From: Octopus bimaculoides
Taxonomy: Eukaryota
Reading direction: 5' to 3'
Assembly: GCF_001194135.2 (NCBI RefSeq)
Contig: NC_068981.1
Location: forward strand, 177,409,528 to 177,473,527
Length of the DNA: 64,000 nt
Part shown: positions 53,126 to 64,000 of the stretch, one piece after another
Layout of the letters: the number at the start of each line of letters is the position of its first letter
Numbering within the stretch: the first letter of the stretch is position 1
The notes under the pieces: model-generated
What the model saw: the letters and a program-made list of their open reading frames with translations, nothing else
What the model was told of the DNA's origin: nothing
Database searches by the model: none
Position numbers and translations under genes: made by a program

Positions 53126-53563
53126 GCCACATTTGGGTGGCAAATATACTTCACAATGTCATGCTGCTACTATTTACATCTTGCTCAGAGATTCATCATT
53201 GCTTGTTTCTCCTTTTTTGAGATCAGCAACGGTTTGTCACTGGAAAAAACATATAGTATTTTGTGTATGGAACCAGTTCTCATCCCTAGCTGGTGATTGT
53301 CACATGCTGATGACGGGTTACTCAGAAACCCGGGTTCGTGTGTATCACATAAGGCTAGAGATGGGAACGATGATTTCCCTTTGCAAATACTGATCAGACA
53401 CAGATAGTGTGTCGTTAGTCAGCAGGAGGAGATGTCTTCCTGGGGCTATAAACAACAGTGACATTGTCCCCTATGGGTCAGCCACATTTCAGTTGCAAAT
53501 ATACCTCACAATGTCGTGCTGCTACTGTTTACATTTTGCTCAGAGATTTATTATTGCTTATTT
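53126..53563 (+). mobile_element. Retrozyme-like unit: 355-bp monomer plus 83-bp terminal direct repeat, containing an HHR
   Basis: 53126-53208 versus 53481-53563 differ at about 10 of 83 positions; extensive self-complementarity centred on the HHR. Confidence 0.7.
53293..53348 (+). ncRNA. Minimal type I hammerhead ribozyme motif
   Basis: CACAUG-CUGAUGA-CGGGUUACUCA-GAAA-CCC-GGG-U-U-CGUGUG: stem I 6 bp, palindromic loopless stem III ACCC/GGGU, GUU cleavage triplet, weakened stem II. Confidence 0.7.
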
Positions 53564-53834
53564 ATATAATCATTTATAATATAATGTGCATATTTCTGAT
53601 TGATTAATGCCCTATCATTCTTAATACACTAATTTATTGAATAATGTACTCTTGTATGATAAATTATGGTCAATATTGAAGATATGTAGTTGTCATGAAA
53701 GATCCTGAAACTATTTTGCATCTTTGGTTGCTCAATTGTCAGTCACTGCCTATTTTCTTAGATCATGCCCCTTTTCTTCATAATACTGGAATTTGAAGGT
53801 TCCTACAACTAATAGTTTCTGAGACAAGAGGACT

Positions 53835-54200
53835 TTTCATCATCATCATCGTTTAACATCCGCTTTCCATGCTAGCATGGGTTGGACGATTTGACTGAGG
53901 ACTAGTGAAACCGGATGGCAACACCAGGCTCCAATCTCATTTGGCAGAGTTTCTACAGCTGGATGCCCTTCCTAACGCCAACCACTCAGAGAATGTAGTG
54001 GGTGCTTTTATGTGTCATCCGCACGAAGGCCAGTCAGGCGGTACTGGCAACAGCCATGCTCAAAATGGTGCATTTTATGTGCCACCTGCACAAGAGCCAG
54101 TCCAGGGGCACTGGCAACGATCTTGCTCGAAAATCCTATGAAGGCCAGTCAGGCGGTACTGGCAACGGCCACGCTCAAAATGGTGTATTTTATGTGCCTT
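53835..54200 (-). mobile_element. SINE family C with an internal ~60-bp duplication
   Basis: gaaggccagtcaggcggtactggcaac...tttatgtgcc occurs at about 54024 and 54140. Confidence 0.9.
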
Positions 54201-54289
54201 TGACTACATTATCACAAATAATCTGTGAGCAAAAGACCTCATTCATAAGTATCTGTCCTCAGAGCCTATTCTAAATTCTTCATTAAAAT

Positions 54290-55215
54290 GAGTCAACAAG
54301 AGTCCAATAGGTTTGCTTAAGCAACCTGATTGGAGTTACTTATTGAATAGCAATTATAAATTTCACTATGAATACTATTACCCTATAGTACTCTTACCTC
54401 ATTATCAAAGAGATCTGTATCACCATTGCGCCATCAATTTTGTATTCTTAAAAAGCATCATGATTGCATCCATTGTTTCTTGCAGTATTCTATAGGTCCA
54501 TAGTATTTGAGCCACTTTATCTTGATGCTGTGAATCAAACGCTTTTGAGTTCACAAAGAACAACACTGCTTCTAAATTCTTTGCTTATTGAAGGAGTCTT
54601 CAATGATTCTTCTCACAGTCAATATCTGTCCAAATGTTGATCTGTTCTTTCTGAATCCATTCTGGTTTGGAAGATGAATGACTTAATTCCAAGTTGGATT
54701 CAATTACACAACATCACATGTTGGATTTGATTATGCAACATAGCATTGTAGATTTTTGGAAGTCTACACTGCTTGACCAAATGTAAAGGGAATTCTTTTC
54801 ATAGTAGAATCAGTTCTTCTTTATGGCTTATTAGTATGGTCACTACAAAAAATTGTAGAAAGCAATTTTTATGGGAACAGCATGCACATATATGTTGCAT
54901 ACTGTTCTCAACAAATCATGGAAACACCATCCAACAAAAGAAGAACTTTATGGAAATAGCCCCAATATATTATCAATCATTTGAGAGAGGAGGACAAAAT
55001 ATGTTGGTAATTGCTATCAAAGCTAAGAGGAATCAGTAAATGAGCTCCTTTAATGGATCTCCAATCATGGGAATTTTCATGTCAGACAACCCAGAATGAC
55101 ATACATTGATCAACTCTCTAAAGATGTTGAGTTACAAATAGAACACAAAAATGTCATGGAAGACAGGAACACTTGGAGAGAAAGGGAATGGTTTTGGTCC
55201 TGGTAACTCACCCGA
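54290..55215. mobile_element. RTE/RTE-X-like LINE with an inverted 5' segment
   Basis: Minus 54750-54290: KIYNAML, NQNGFRKNRSTFGQILTVRRIIE, SKAFDS, NGDTDLFD. Plus 54780-55215: ESVLLYG, NKSWKHHPTKEELYG, TYIDQL, MEDRNTWRER. Confidence 0.75.
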
Positions 55216-55252
55216 AACAATAGATAGTAAAATACTATTATTTTTTTATTAC

Positions 55253-55310
55253 CTTGTAATATGGCAGCTCTCCAAAGCCATTCATTCGATGAGCTTTCTC
55301 ACTCCCCATT
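55253..55310 (-). CDS. Coding exon (58 nt, phase 2 to 0) of the host gene
   Basis: Acceptor ttatattttag, donor AAG/gtaata; open frame MGSEKAHRMNGFGELPYYK. Confidence 0.65.
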
Positions 55311-58027
55311 CTAAAATATAACTTAAGAATTATTAGAAGTGTTCTCAATTATGAGGTCCAAATTCAAATTAATATCAATCCCTCATACAAGAGCAGTAGT
55401 ATAATTTACACTATTCTAGAAACTACATATATTTTTGTTAAACTAATGTTATGGAATAATACAGTAAAAAAAAAAGTGCTTGTTATGCCAGCACAAAATA
55501 GCTTTCAAACTAGATTCTACCCTAGATCTACTGAATACGGTCCACCACCCAGATTTACATTGAATACTCAGCAAATGATACTTAATCATACATTCATTCA
55601 TTTCAATATTTGTACTTTGTATGATAAACAACACTGCCTCTGTCAGCTGCATTCTACAGGCTTCTTTATATGTATTTTTCATTCATGCTTTCTTCAGTAT
55701 TCTTCAGTGAGTGAACAAAACACAAGTCTAGCTGAGAACATTTTATGGCATTATGAATTCTTACCAAAAAAAAAAAAGAGAGAGAGAGAGAGAAAAACAC
55801 AGTCCAATGACTGAAACAAGTAAAAGATAAAGATAACCTTAATTTAATAAATGCACTACTGAAAAGAATAGTAAACATGCTGATTGTTTTTCCCAAAACT
55901 TGATGGATTTCTTATATTGCTATGTCATCAATGGAAATGGCTTCTATCATTTACATACATTTCTTGTGCATCTTTATAGGATAACTCTTACTTATGGCAA
56001 CTGGCAAAGAGTTTATTGTATCATAATCCAAATATCAAGCACAAATGTGAACAAAATGTTAAAAACAATTAAACATTACTCCCTTTATGAAAGGTCATAA
56101 AAGTGTTCATGTATTTATCATCTATATTCTTTTTACTTTATCGTTAAGTCATTTTAGGTCTAGTTCAGACAACCTTTAATCAGAAGTGTCAAAGACACAA
56201 AAGAAGAGCGATAGCAAGAGAAATCTTCACATTATTTGATAAAGAATTGATAATTCTTTTTATAAATATAAAGTAACAAGTCACATTATTACATCTAACT
56301 AAATCATATATAAAATCATTTACATTTCAGTAAATTACTACTACTCATGGTCCCTACTAGTGCCAATAGTTCACAAGCATTTTAAAGCACAGTGGAACAG
56401 AGAAGTGCACACCAATAAATAACTGGAAAGGTCAATAGGTTCAACAAGGCAATCCTTCATCAAATTAACAGACTTCACTAGATTTTTCCATTGCTTTATC
56501 TATTGATAAAAAAACCAATAAACAATCAATACATTGATTGACTGCAAAACATTTACAAATTCTCCATGACTTCAATCAAACAAATGTTGATATTAGCTAG
56601 CTTGTCAATAATCTATAAAAAGTAAAAATAAAAAAAATTAAAATTAGAAAAGGTAGAAGAGTGATGATCTCTCAACAACATTGTTGTACATAGTTATTGC
56701 ATTTATCACAATCACATAAGATTAAAAGTTAAAAGTGAACCCTTTCTATTCATGCTAATACTATTGACATTGCCACAATCAGTTTTGAAATGCCTTGCAG
56801 TCCCACCTGCTAATCACTTAAACATCGATTCCTAACAGATCAATGGAGTTAAAAGCAAATGAGCATTTGGGAAAATTTATATGAATATCATTTGAGCTCA
56901 GTAACTATTTCAGGCTAGACATGTAGTAGAGTAAAACTCAACTTATTAAAAAATTTTTGTAAGACATAATCAACAAACACATACACAAAATTTGATAAAA
57001 TCAATCATATCCCATTAGACGTAAATGCTTTTTTTTTTTTAAAATATACTACTACTTAATGATTTATTAAAAAGAAAGAAATTAGGTTATGAGTCCAATC
57101 CTCTCTCCAACATGTGTTTTTATGGAATATAATGACAATCAAAAAGTATAACATAACAAAAAGAAGTCATGTTTGTAGTCCAACTCGGAGCATAAATTCG
57201 TCATTTTCATATTTTCTAAATTTGAAAATATTTAACTCAGGATCAATGTAGATTAGATTGAGCCAACAACAATGAATACTATTAGAGATAACACTAATAG
57301 ATTATTTTCTGTGACTGAGATCCATAGACATATAGGATAGAATGTGCTAAATTTTTTTCTCTTTTTTTTCCCTCTCTTCACTTTTACTCTTCACTATGGT
57401 TACAGGAGGCCACTCATCAATGTTGCACACTTGTTTAAAACAGTAATCTTGTAATAGTTTGCCATTCACCTGACCCACGACCACTACCACCACCATGTCT
57501 ACAGCAGTTAGATTGGTTTTTACATGAGCAACAGCAGTCAATTTCTAAATATTTCTTTCCAAATATTTCATCTACAATACTACGGTTCCATGCACACATA
57601 CAACCCTCCCTTTATCTCCTCTCTCTCTTATCTGGTATTTTCTTTCTTTTATACTACTTTCTATAGTTCTCTTTCCACTATAATCTGCATCAGTAACAGT
57701 ATCATAAATATTTAATACATGTTTTCTTTTCCTTCTGCAAGTACACATTGAACAGGTGTGTGTATATGCAACTTTCTAATTGGTCCTGCTATGACTAAAT
57801 ATTTTATTAATCTAAACTCTACATGGTCTGTTCAAACTTCCAGCCTCAAATCAGACAACAATTTCTCAACACCTTTTCTAATAGTTCTCACAAGGGATTC
57901 ACAATGTATGTGTATACCATCTGATGTTTTTGAATTTTTAAAAAAATTTTGGCCATGTAAAAACAAACAGTGACTTTCAGTTAACAAAAATCTTGACTTA
58001 AACCGCTAAATTGTAGAAAATATGAGA

Positions 58028-58317
58028 GATAGTGCCTCTGGACTGGCTCTTGTGCGGGTGGCACATAAAATACACCATTTTGAGCATGGCCGTTGCCAGT
58101 ACCGCCTGACTGGCCTTCGTGCGGGTGACACGTAAAAGCACCCACTACACTCTCTGAGTGGTTGGCGTTAGGAAGGGCATCCAGCTGTAGAAACTCTGCC
58201 AAATCAGATTGGAGCCTGGTGTTGCCATCCGGTTTCACCAGTCCTCAGTCAAATCGTCCAACCCATGCTAGCATGGAAAGCGGACGTTAAACGATGATGA
58301 TGATGATGATGATGATG
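58028..58317 (+). mobile_element. Young SINE family C with (GAT)n tail
   Basis: Reverse complement matches 53841-54105 with about 9 mismatches in ~265 nt. Confidence 0.9.
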
Positions 58318-58444
58318 AAAGCAAAACAAAATACGTGCTGTTTTGCCGAAAGTATTTTGTTACGTGTGAGCAACTTTTGCTCAATTAAAGCATGAACAAA
58401 ATAAAGTGAAAAATAATAAGAAATACATTCTTCTACATAACAAA

Positions 58445-58660
58445 TTGGCAGTGTCATTACAGTATTAGACAGAATGCTTCATGGTATTTCTTCTGGTTCT
58501 CTACACTCTGAATTCAATTCCAACCATGGTCAACTCTCATCCTTTTGAGGTTAATAAAAAAATTACCAATCCAAGGCAGTGCATTAGTAGAACTGTAAGA
58601 ACATTGGACTAGATACTTTGTGGCACTTTTCCAGCTCTTTGCATTCTGAGTTCAAATCCC
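58445..58660 (+). mobile_element. Two decayed tandem SINE A heads
   Basis: Repeated tRNA-like head ...ctgaattcaattcc and ...ctgagttcaaatccc. Confidence 0.5.
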
Positions 58661-59299
58661 ACTATTACTTGAGTAGACTAAGCCCATTACCCAGTTTAGT
58701 ACTACCACCTAACACCTAGGGTGCCTTTAGCTGAGTTCACTTTGTTGTGAACATTCAGAGTATACCTTTGTCCCATTAGTCTCAGAGGCCATGTAACAGA
58801 TCATGGACACTGGCTTCTCCACTAACAAAAACATTTTAAAAATACAATAATTAACTGATATTTTAAAATTTAATTAATTTTTCTAACTCATACTCTTACA
58901 CTTCACTAACAAATCTACTCCCTTCAGTGATTCTTTTTAACTACAATCCATTTCTTGATGCCTCTGTTTTTCTCTACTTACATTGATCATTTGATTTTAG
59001 ATAGCTCATGGATGACTAGAGATACTGGTCTATTATTATCATCAACAGCAGCACTATCTTATATATATTCTATATATTTTATATCCTACAAGCCCTCTTT
59101 CTTCCATGACCATTAAAGTTAGTATTTCAAAGAAGACTGAGGTTTTGTTTTATATTATCATCATTGGTTTTATATCCATTTTCTCATTCTGGCAAGGTTT
59201 GTATCACCACTCTCTAATTGTCTCTGTCCTTTGTATGCTTTCTACATAGTAATAAATGTTTTGAACAGTTTCCTTTGATGTTTCCTCTTCAAAGATTGC

Positions 59300-59900
59300 G
59301 TGTTTATTATCTCTTTTTGTTGTAAAATCTACAGTGAACATTTAGTTCTTCTGATATTTCATTCACTTGATAACTACAAAATTGCTATTTCAAATTCTAG
59401 GGTTTCTATTCAATGGATTCAACCATTACTTATGGACTACAGACATATCCAGTGTAAAATTACGAAGGAGAGATTTTCAAAGAAGCATGGATCTCTTTTC
59501 TATACATTCCATCAAGAGCATCTAAATTATATACATCCAGAGAAATATAATTCTTGCATGATAAGCAATTAAAGCTGACCAATGGACATGTAGAACTCTT
59601 CTTCATTTGCTATAATAGGCAGTAGTTGCTCAGAAAATGACACAGCAAAACAATTTAATATTCAATGGACAAATAGTGTTGATAGTATTCCAAACTCCAT
59701 TCCTAAAGTGTTTCATAAACTGATATCAATAAATTTATTTCCAGTGGTTATGCAAAATACAAGTAAAATTCTACTCAAAAGGAGACATTGCTTCTATCTT
59801 ATAACCATAACAGTTTATTAATTCTAAAATGTTCTTGTTGCCTAAGTCTTATTCCAACAAAATGTATCTAAAACTACACCATCCAATGTACACAGGATAA
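59300..59900 (+). mobile_element. Possible Penelope-like RT remnant
   Basis: HLNYIH and downstream SCCLSL-like remnants in broken frames; weak. Confidence 0.35.
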
Positions 59901-60599
59901 AACTGAGATATTTTACTGCAAATTACAGCAGTATAAGGATCCTTCACTGGTTGCAGTGATGATATCAGTTCAAAAATCCAGGTTCGAAAGATTTGCTTAC
60001 CAGTTACATACAATTTAATTTTTTTGATTAGCATGCTAGATTTAATAAGCTTTTATGACTTAACTCTGCTATTAGTGCATATTTTCTTCATGCCTGAGGA
60101 TACCTACACAGAAGTGTAACCTACCAAACTATCGATCAATTATTCATTCCAATGGCCAATCATGATGTAACAGGTAAAATTATACTCCAGTCAATTGAGA
60201 AGATTTGTCAATCCCAGCAACTTTGGATCTATAATATATAATTATCACATCTTTTCTTCTAATTTCTGTGATTATATAATATATAAACTCAATGCTAAGA
60301 TATTGTGTATTGAAACTTATTCAAATCTTATTTATTCTAAATTTGATTTAAAAATTCTTTTTTCTTCAGTGAAAGTCTTGATCAACATGTCAATATTTGC
60401 ATGGCTTTCCATTTTAATGATTATTCATGACCCTTTCTAATATACACAAGGGGATAATGCCATCTGATAAGGAAGAATTATCTAACATCAATCTTATATA
60501 TATTTTTGTATTTCTTCTTTTTCAGTACACATTACTAACAATCTTTATCATTAGAAAGTGTGATGCATAGTAAAAGATATGATAGAACAAGAATGTGAA

Positions 60600-60880
60600 G
60601 GCATGCAGCTTAGTGATTAATGTATTTGGCTCAAGGTCATGAGTTCAATTCCCAACAGTATGTTGTGTCCTTGAGCAAGACATTTTATTTCATATTGCTC
60701 CAGTTCATTCAATTGGCAAAAATGAGTTTGTACCTGCAATTCAATGGGGCCTCAGTGTATCATGCTGAATCTCCCTGAGAACTATGTTAAAGGTATGTGT
60801 CTCTGTGGAATGCACACATTACTTTCATTAATCAAATCAACTGGAACACTCATCATCATAACCAACGGAATGCCCAGCCA
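60600..60880 (+). mobile_element. tRNA-derived SINE with CORE-like domain
   Basis: gcagcttagtg...gagttcaattccc head; gttgtgtccttgagcaagacatt core. Confidence 0.6.
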
Positions 60881-61083
60881 GCAGGGTGAGAATAATGCAA
60901 TGATCCTTTGGAACGCTGAATCAAGAATCAAGATTTACAATTTGCTGAAAATAAAAGGAATTATCTTTGATACTTATGAAAAGAAAATTTCCAGAGATGT
61001 TATTATCTTGTCAGCATAAAGGACATCTTAAAGGTTTTACATGGTCTGAAGCTCTAAATTTGCCGTGTAACTGTTAATTTAAC

Positions 61084-61225
61084 TGCAAGATGCGTAGATC
61101 ATCATTCAAATCTCTAAATATATGTAAAGGGTCAAATCCAAATGACTGAAACATTCTATTAAAAGGTTCAGGATCTCTTGCAGAGCGTTGCAAAATAAGA
61201 CAGAACAAATGCCTTTGATTTACCT
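61084..61225 (-). CDS. Coding exon (142 nt, phase 1 to 2) of the host gene, or terminal exon ending LQLN*
   Basis: Very strong poly-T acceptor (ttttttttttgttactag). Open frame VNQRHLFCLILQRSARDPEPFNRMFQSFGFDPLHIFRDLNDDLRIL. A weak donor CA/gttaaa gives the phase needed by the 55310 exon. Confidence 0.55.
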
Positions 61226-61589
61226 CTAGTAACAAAAAAAAAAACAAAAACAATAATATTTTTGCAGAGTTTTCCTTGAATCTCAGAATGAGAAATTCAT
61301 TGTATGCCAACAATGTTAAAGTGAAGAAATTCTTTAACAAACATGACTGCTGCTTTTGCCATCACAGCCACCATATTGACAACAATGATCTCATACTTTA
61401 TGTTATGTCTTTGTGTTGACTCAATAATAAGTCAGTTTTTCTTGAGCTTTGTTGGATGTGATGGTAGGCAACCGAGCTGGACTTTTCCTTTGCACCAACA
61501 CAGAGACAACTCCCCATCCCACAATACATCACAACAACAGTTAACACCAGTAATACCACTGTTGTGTAATCTGCTTTTTAATAAATGGT

Positions 61590-62765
61590 TATAATTTAAG
61601 TGGGCTGCAACATGTTTTCAAGAAATTGTGGAAGTATGGTCAAGCGGTATATGCTTGCTTTATACACTTTAAAAAGGCATATAATGCACAAGATGAGACT
61701 TGTTGTGGATGGTTCTGTATGAGTATGGGATTGATGGACAAATTCTTGTTGCCTTGAAGTCGCTATATGAATACCCTAGTATTTGTGTTCAGATTAATGG
61801 TGCTAAGTTGAAACCATTTAATCTCGATGCTGGACTCTGCCAAAGGTGTATACTGTTACTTCTCTTATTCATAATCCTTACGGGCAGGGTTGACATGTGC
61901 AACCGAGTTGGAAGTGGTAATGAGACTGATGAGTGTAGGATCAGTCAGCTGGAATTTGCAGATGATATGATACTACTCAACTTGTCAGAAGGTGATCTTC
62001 AACATGCACTTGACAGGTTTGCTGCCAAGTGCTGCACAGCAGGAACGAAAATCAGTTCAGCAAAGACCAAGACACTTGTCTTTTCAAGGAAGACTGTACA
62101 ATGCACTCTACATGTCAGTAGAGTCCACTGAAGCAGGTGGAAAAGTTCAAGTACTGCAGGGCCATTTTTATGAGTGATGGAAGGCAAGAGGCTAAATTAA
62201 ATGCAAGAAATGCAGGAGCTGGTGCAGTAATATGCCAGTTTCAACATTCAGTTATCAAAAAAAGAGAGGTAAGTGTAAAAGCCAAACTCGCTATTTTCAA
62301 TTCAGTGTTTGTGCCTACTCTTACCTATGGTCATGGATTTTGGGTATTGACCAAAATAATGTGATCATGAATACAAGTGGCTGAGATGGGGTTCCTCCGA
62401 AGGGTCTTTGGAGTAACATTACTTAATAGAGTGTGGAGCTCAGAGATCAGAGAGGTACTCCAGGTAGATCCCCTACCTCTCCAAACAGAGATCACAACTC
62501 CAATACAATGGTCATGTGGTAAGAATGTCTCAGGATAATATCACTGGACAGGTTTTACAGGCAAAACCAATAATTGCCAGTAGATCCAGGGGTAAACCAC
62601 AAACAAGACGACTGAATAACATCCATGAGCTCAGTTGGTCTTGCTTGGGGACCCAGCTGGATCAATTAGAGATGGCTGCTTCTGACAGGACCCAATGGGA
62701 GGCATGCTTGAGGACTCTATACACACAACTCCCAGGAATAACTGGGCAAAAGAAGAGGAGATGAA
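61590..62765 (+). mobile_element. RTE-1/Expander-like LINE 3' half
   Basis: ISQLEFADDMILL, EKFKY, KAKLAIFNSVFVPTLTYGHGFW, SRGKPQTR, ASDRTQWEA; frameshifted. Confidence 0.9.
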
Positions 62766-63279
62766 CTCTGTGTTATGTACTCTTGCAAGTGTTTTACAAT
62801 TTTTGCTTTCACATTAAAGCATAAATCAAAATATTCTATATTGATATATTTCATCCAATAATGGTCTTGTAACTTTTTGTACTACATTTAATTAATTTAT
62901 TAGTGCAGGCTTTCTATAATCTTTTCCTAAACATTATCTTTGCCTTGATAGCAGCTTATATGGTACTTTAAAATTAACTCATTCAGAATTATGTACTTAG
63001 CAAAGGGAATAACCATGGATACTCCTCTGCATCCTGATGCTTTCAGCATTTCAGCTACTATGTTTGATCAAGATTTGCAGCAGTTGACATAAGTTTTTGT
63101 TAATTATTTTGCTCACCATCTCTTATATAATCACTACAACTACTTTTTTATTTGGTACCACTGGAAGTTGGCTCACTTGAATTATTTCAAATCTTACAAT
63201 TACTTCTGATGAATATTTAAACAATCATATTCAGATTCTCAAATAAAATTTATTCATAATAGTCGAATTTAAATAATAA

Positions 63280-63430
63280 ATGTGGCTGTGTCTTAAAAAG
63301 CTTGCTTCCCAACCACATGGTTCCAGGTTTAGTCCCACTGCGTGACACTTTGGGCAAGTTTCTTCTACTATACCCCGAGGCTAACCAAAGCCTTGTGAGT
63401 GGATTTGGTAGATGGAAACTGAAAGAAGCC

Positions 63431-63517
<87 letters not shown>

Positions 63518-63720
63518 CCCCCCCACTAGTACTTGACAGCTGGTGCTGGTGTGTTTATGTCCCTTAACTTTGCAGTTTGGCAAAAAGAGACCAATAGAAT
63601 AAGTATCAGGCTTTAAAAAACAAGTACTGGGGTCAATACATTCGACTAGAAATTCTTCAAGGTAGTGCCCCAGCATGGCCATAGTCTAATGAGTGAAACA
63701 AGAAAAAAGAAAAGAGTAAA
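63280..63720 (+). mobile_element. CORE-type SINE family B with internal (TG)n
   Basis: Same head, core and tail as 6594 and 10128. Confidence 0.85.
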
Positions 63721-64000
63721 CTTGTAATTATTGATGTTTTTCTTTAAACACTTCTCTAGAGTTACTGAATGATTTTCTGTTGGTTACCACAATCAAAACC
63801 ATCATCACCATCATTTTCATCTCCCTGCAACCTACGTCTATGGTAACTTTTTACAGTGATGGTCTGAATGAGAATTTTTACTAATTTCTTGGTTTTTGAA
63901 ATACATATTTACTAGCAGTTCCCATATACATTCATACAAGTTCCTGGGGATATCAGAAAATATGGCTTACAAAAACTGAGAAGACAGACAGCCTTCCATC

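Noticed and set aside
1-64000. CRISPR arrays, rRNA genes, intact transposase or RT genes
   Set aside because: None seen. There are no regularly spaced repeat-spacer arrays, and every TE frame is disrupted.

Overview
AT-rich, microsatellite-rich eukaryotic DNA with four N gaps. The SINE families and TE content look like an octopus (cephalopod) genome; this is my inference from family resemblance, not a search result. Most of the window is transposon debris: at least four tRNA-derived or RTE-tailed SINE families, LINE fossils (RTE, RTE-X-like, CR1/Jockey-like, Dong/R4-like), Penelope-like (PLE) fossils, Tc1/mariner fossils (DD34D mariner, DD37D maT, a MITE) and one hAT fossil. Three minus-strand exons of an unidentified host gene (61225-61084, 55310-55253, 52885-52741) splice in frame, so much of the window is probably intron. 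None of the ORF-track entries is an intact gene. The most interesting signal is two different small elements carrying minimal type I hammerhead ribozyme (HHR) motifs. One is a 355-bp, rod-folding, retrozyme-like unit with an 83-bp terminal direct repeat (53126-53563). The other is a tRNA-headed element with a head-to-head palindromic 5' end and an HHR-like tail (27695-28040). Both occur alongside Penelope fossils that could have supplied the reverse transcriptase. All alignments and folds were done by eye.
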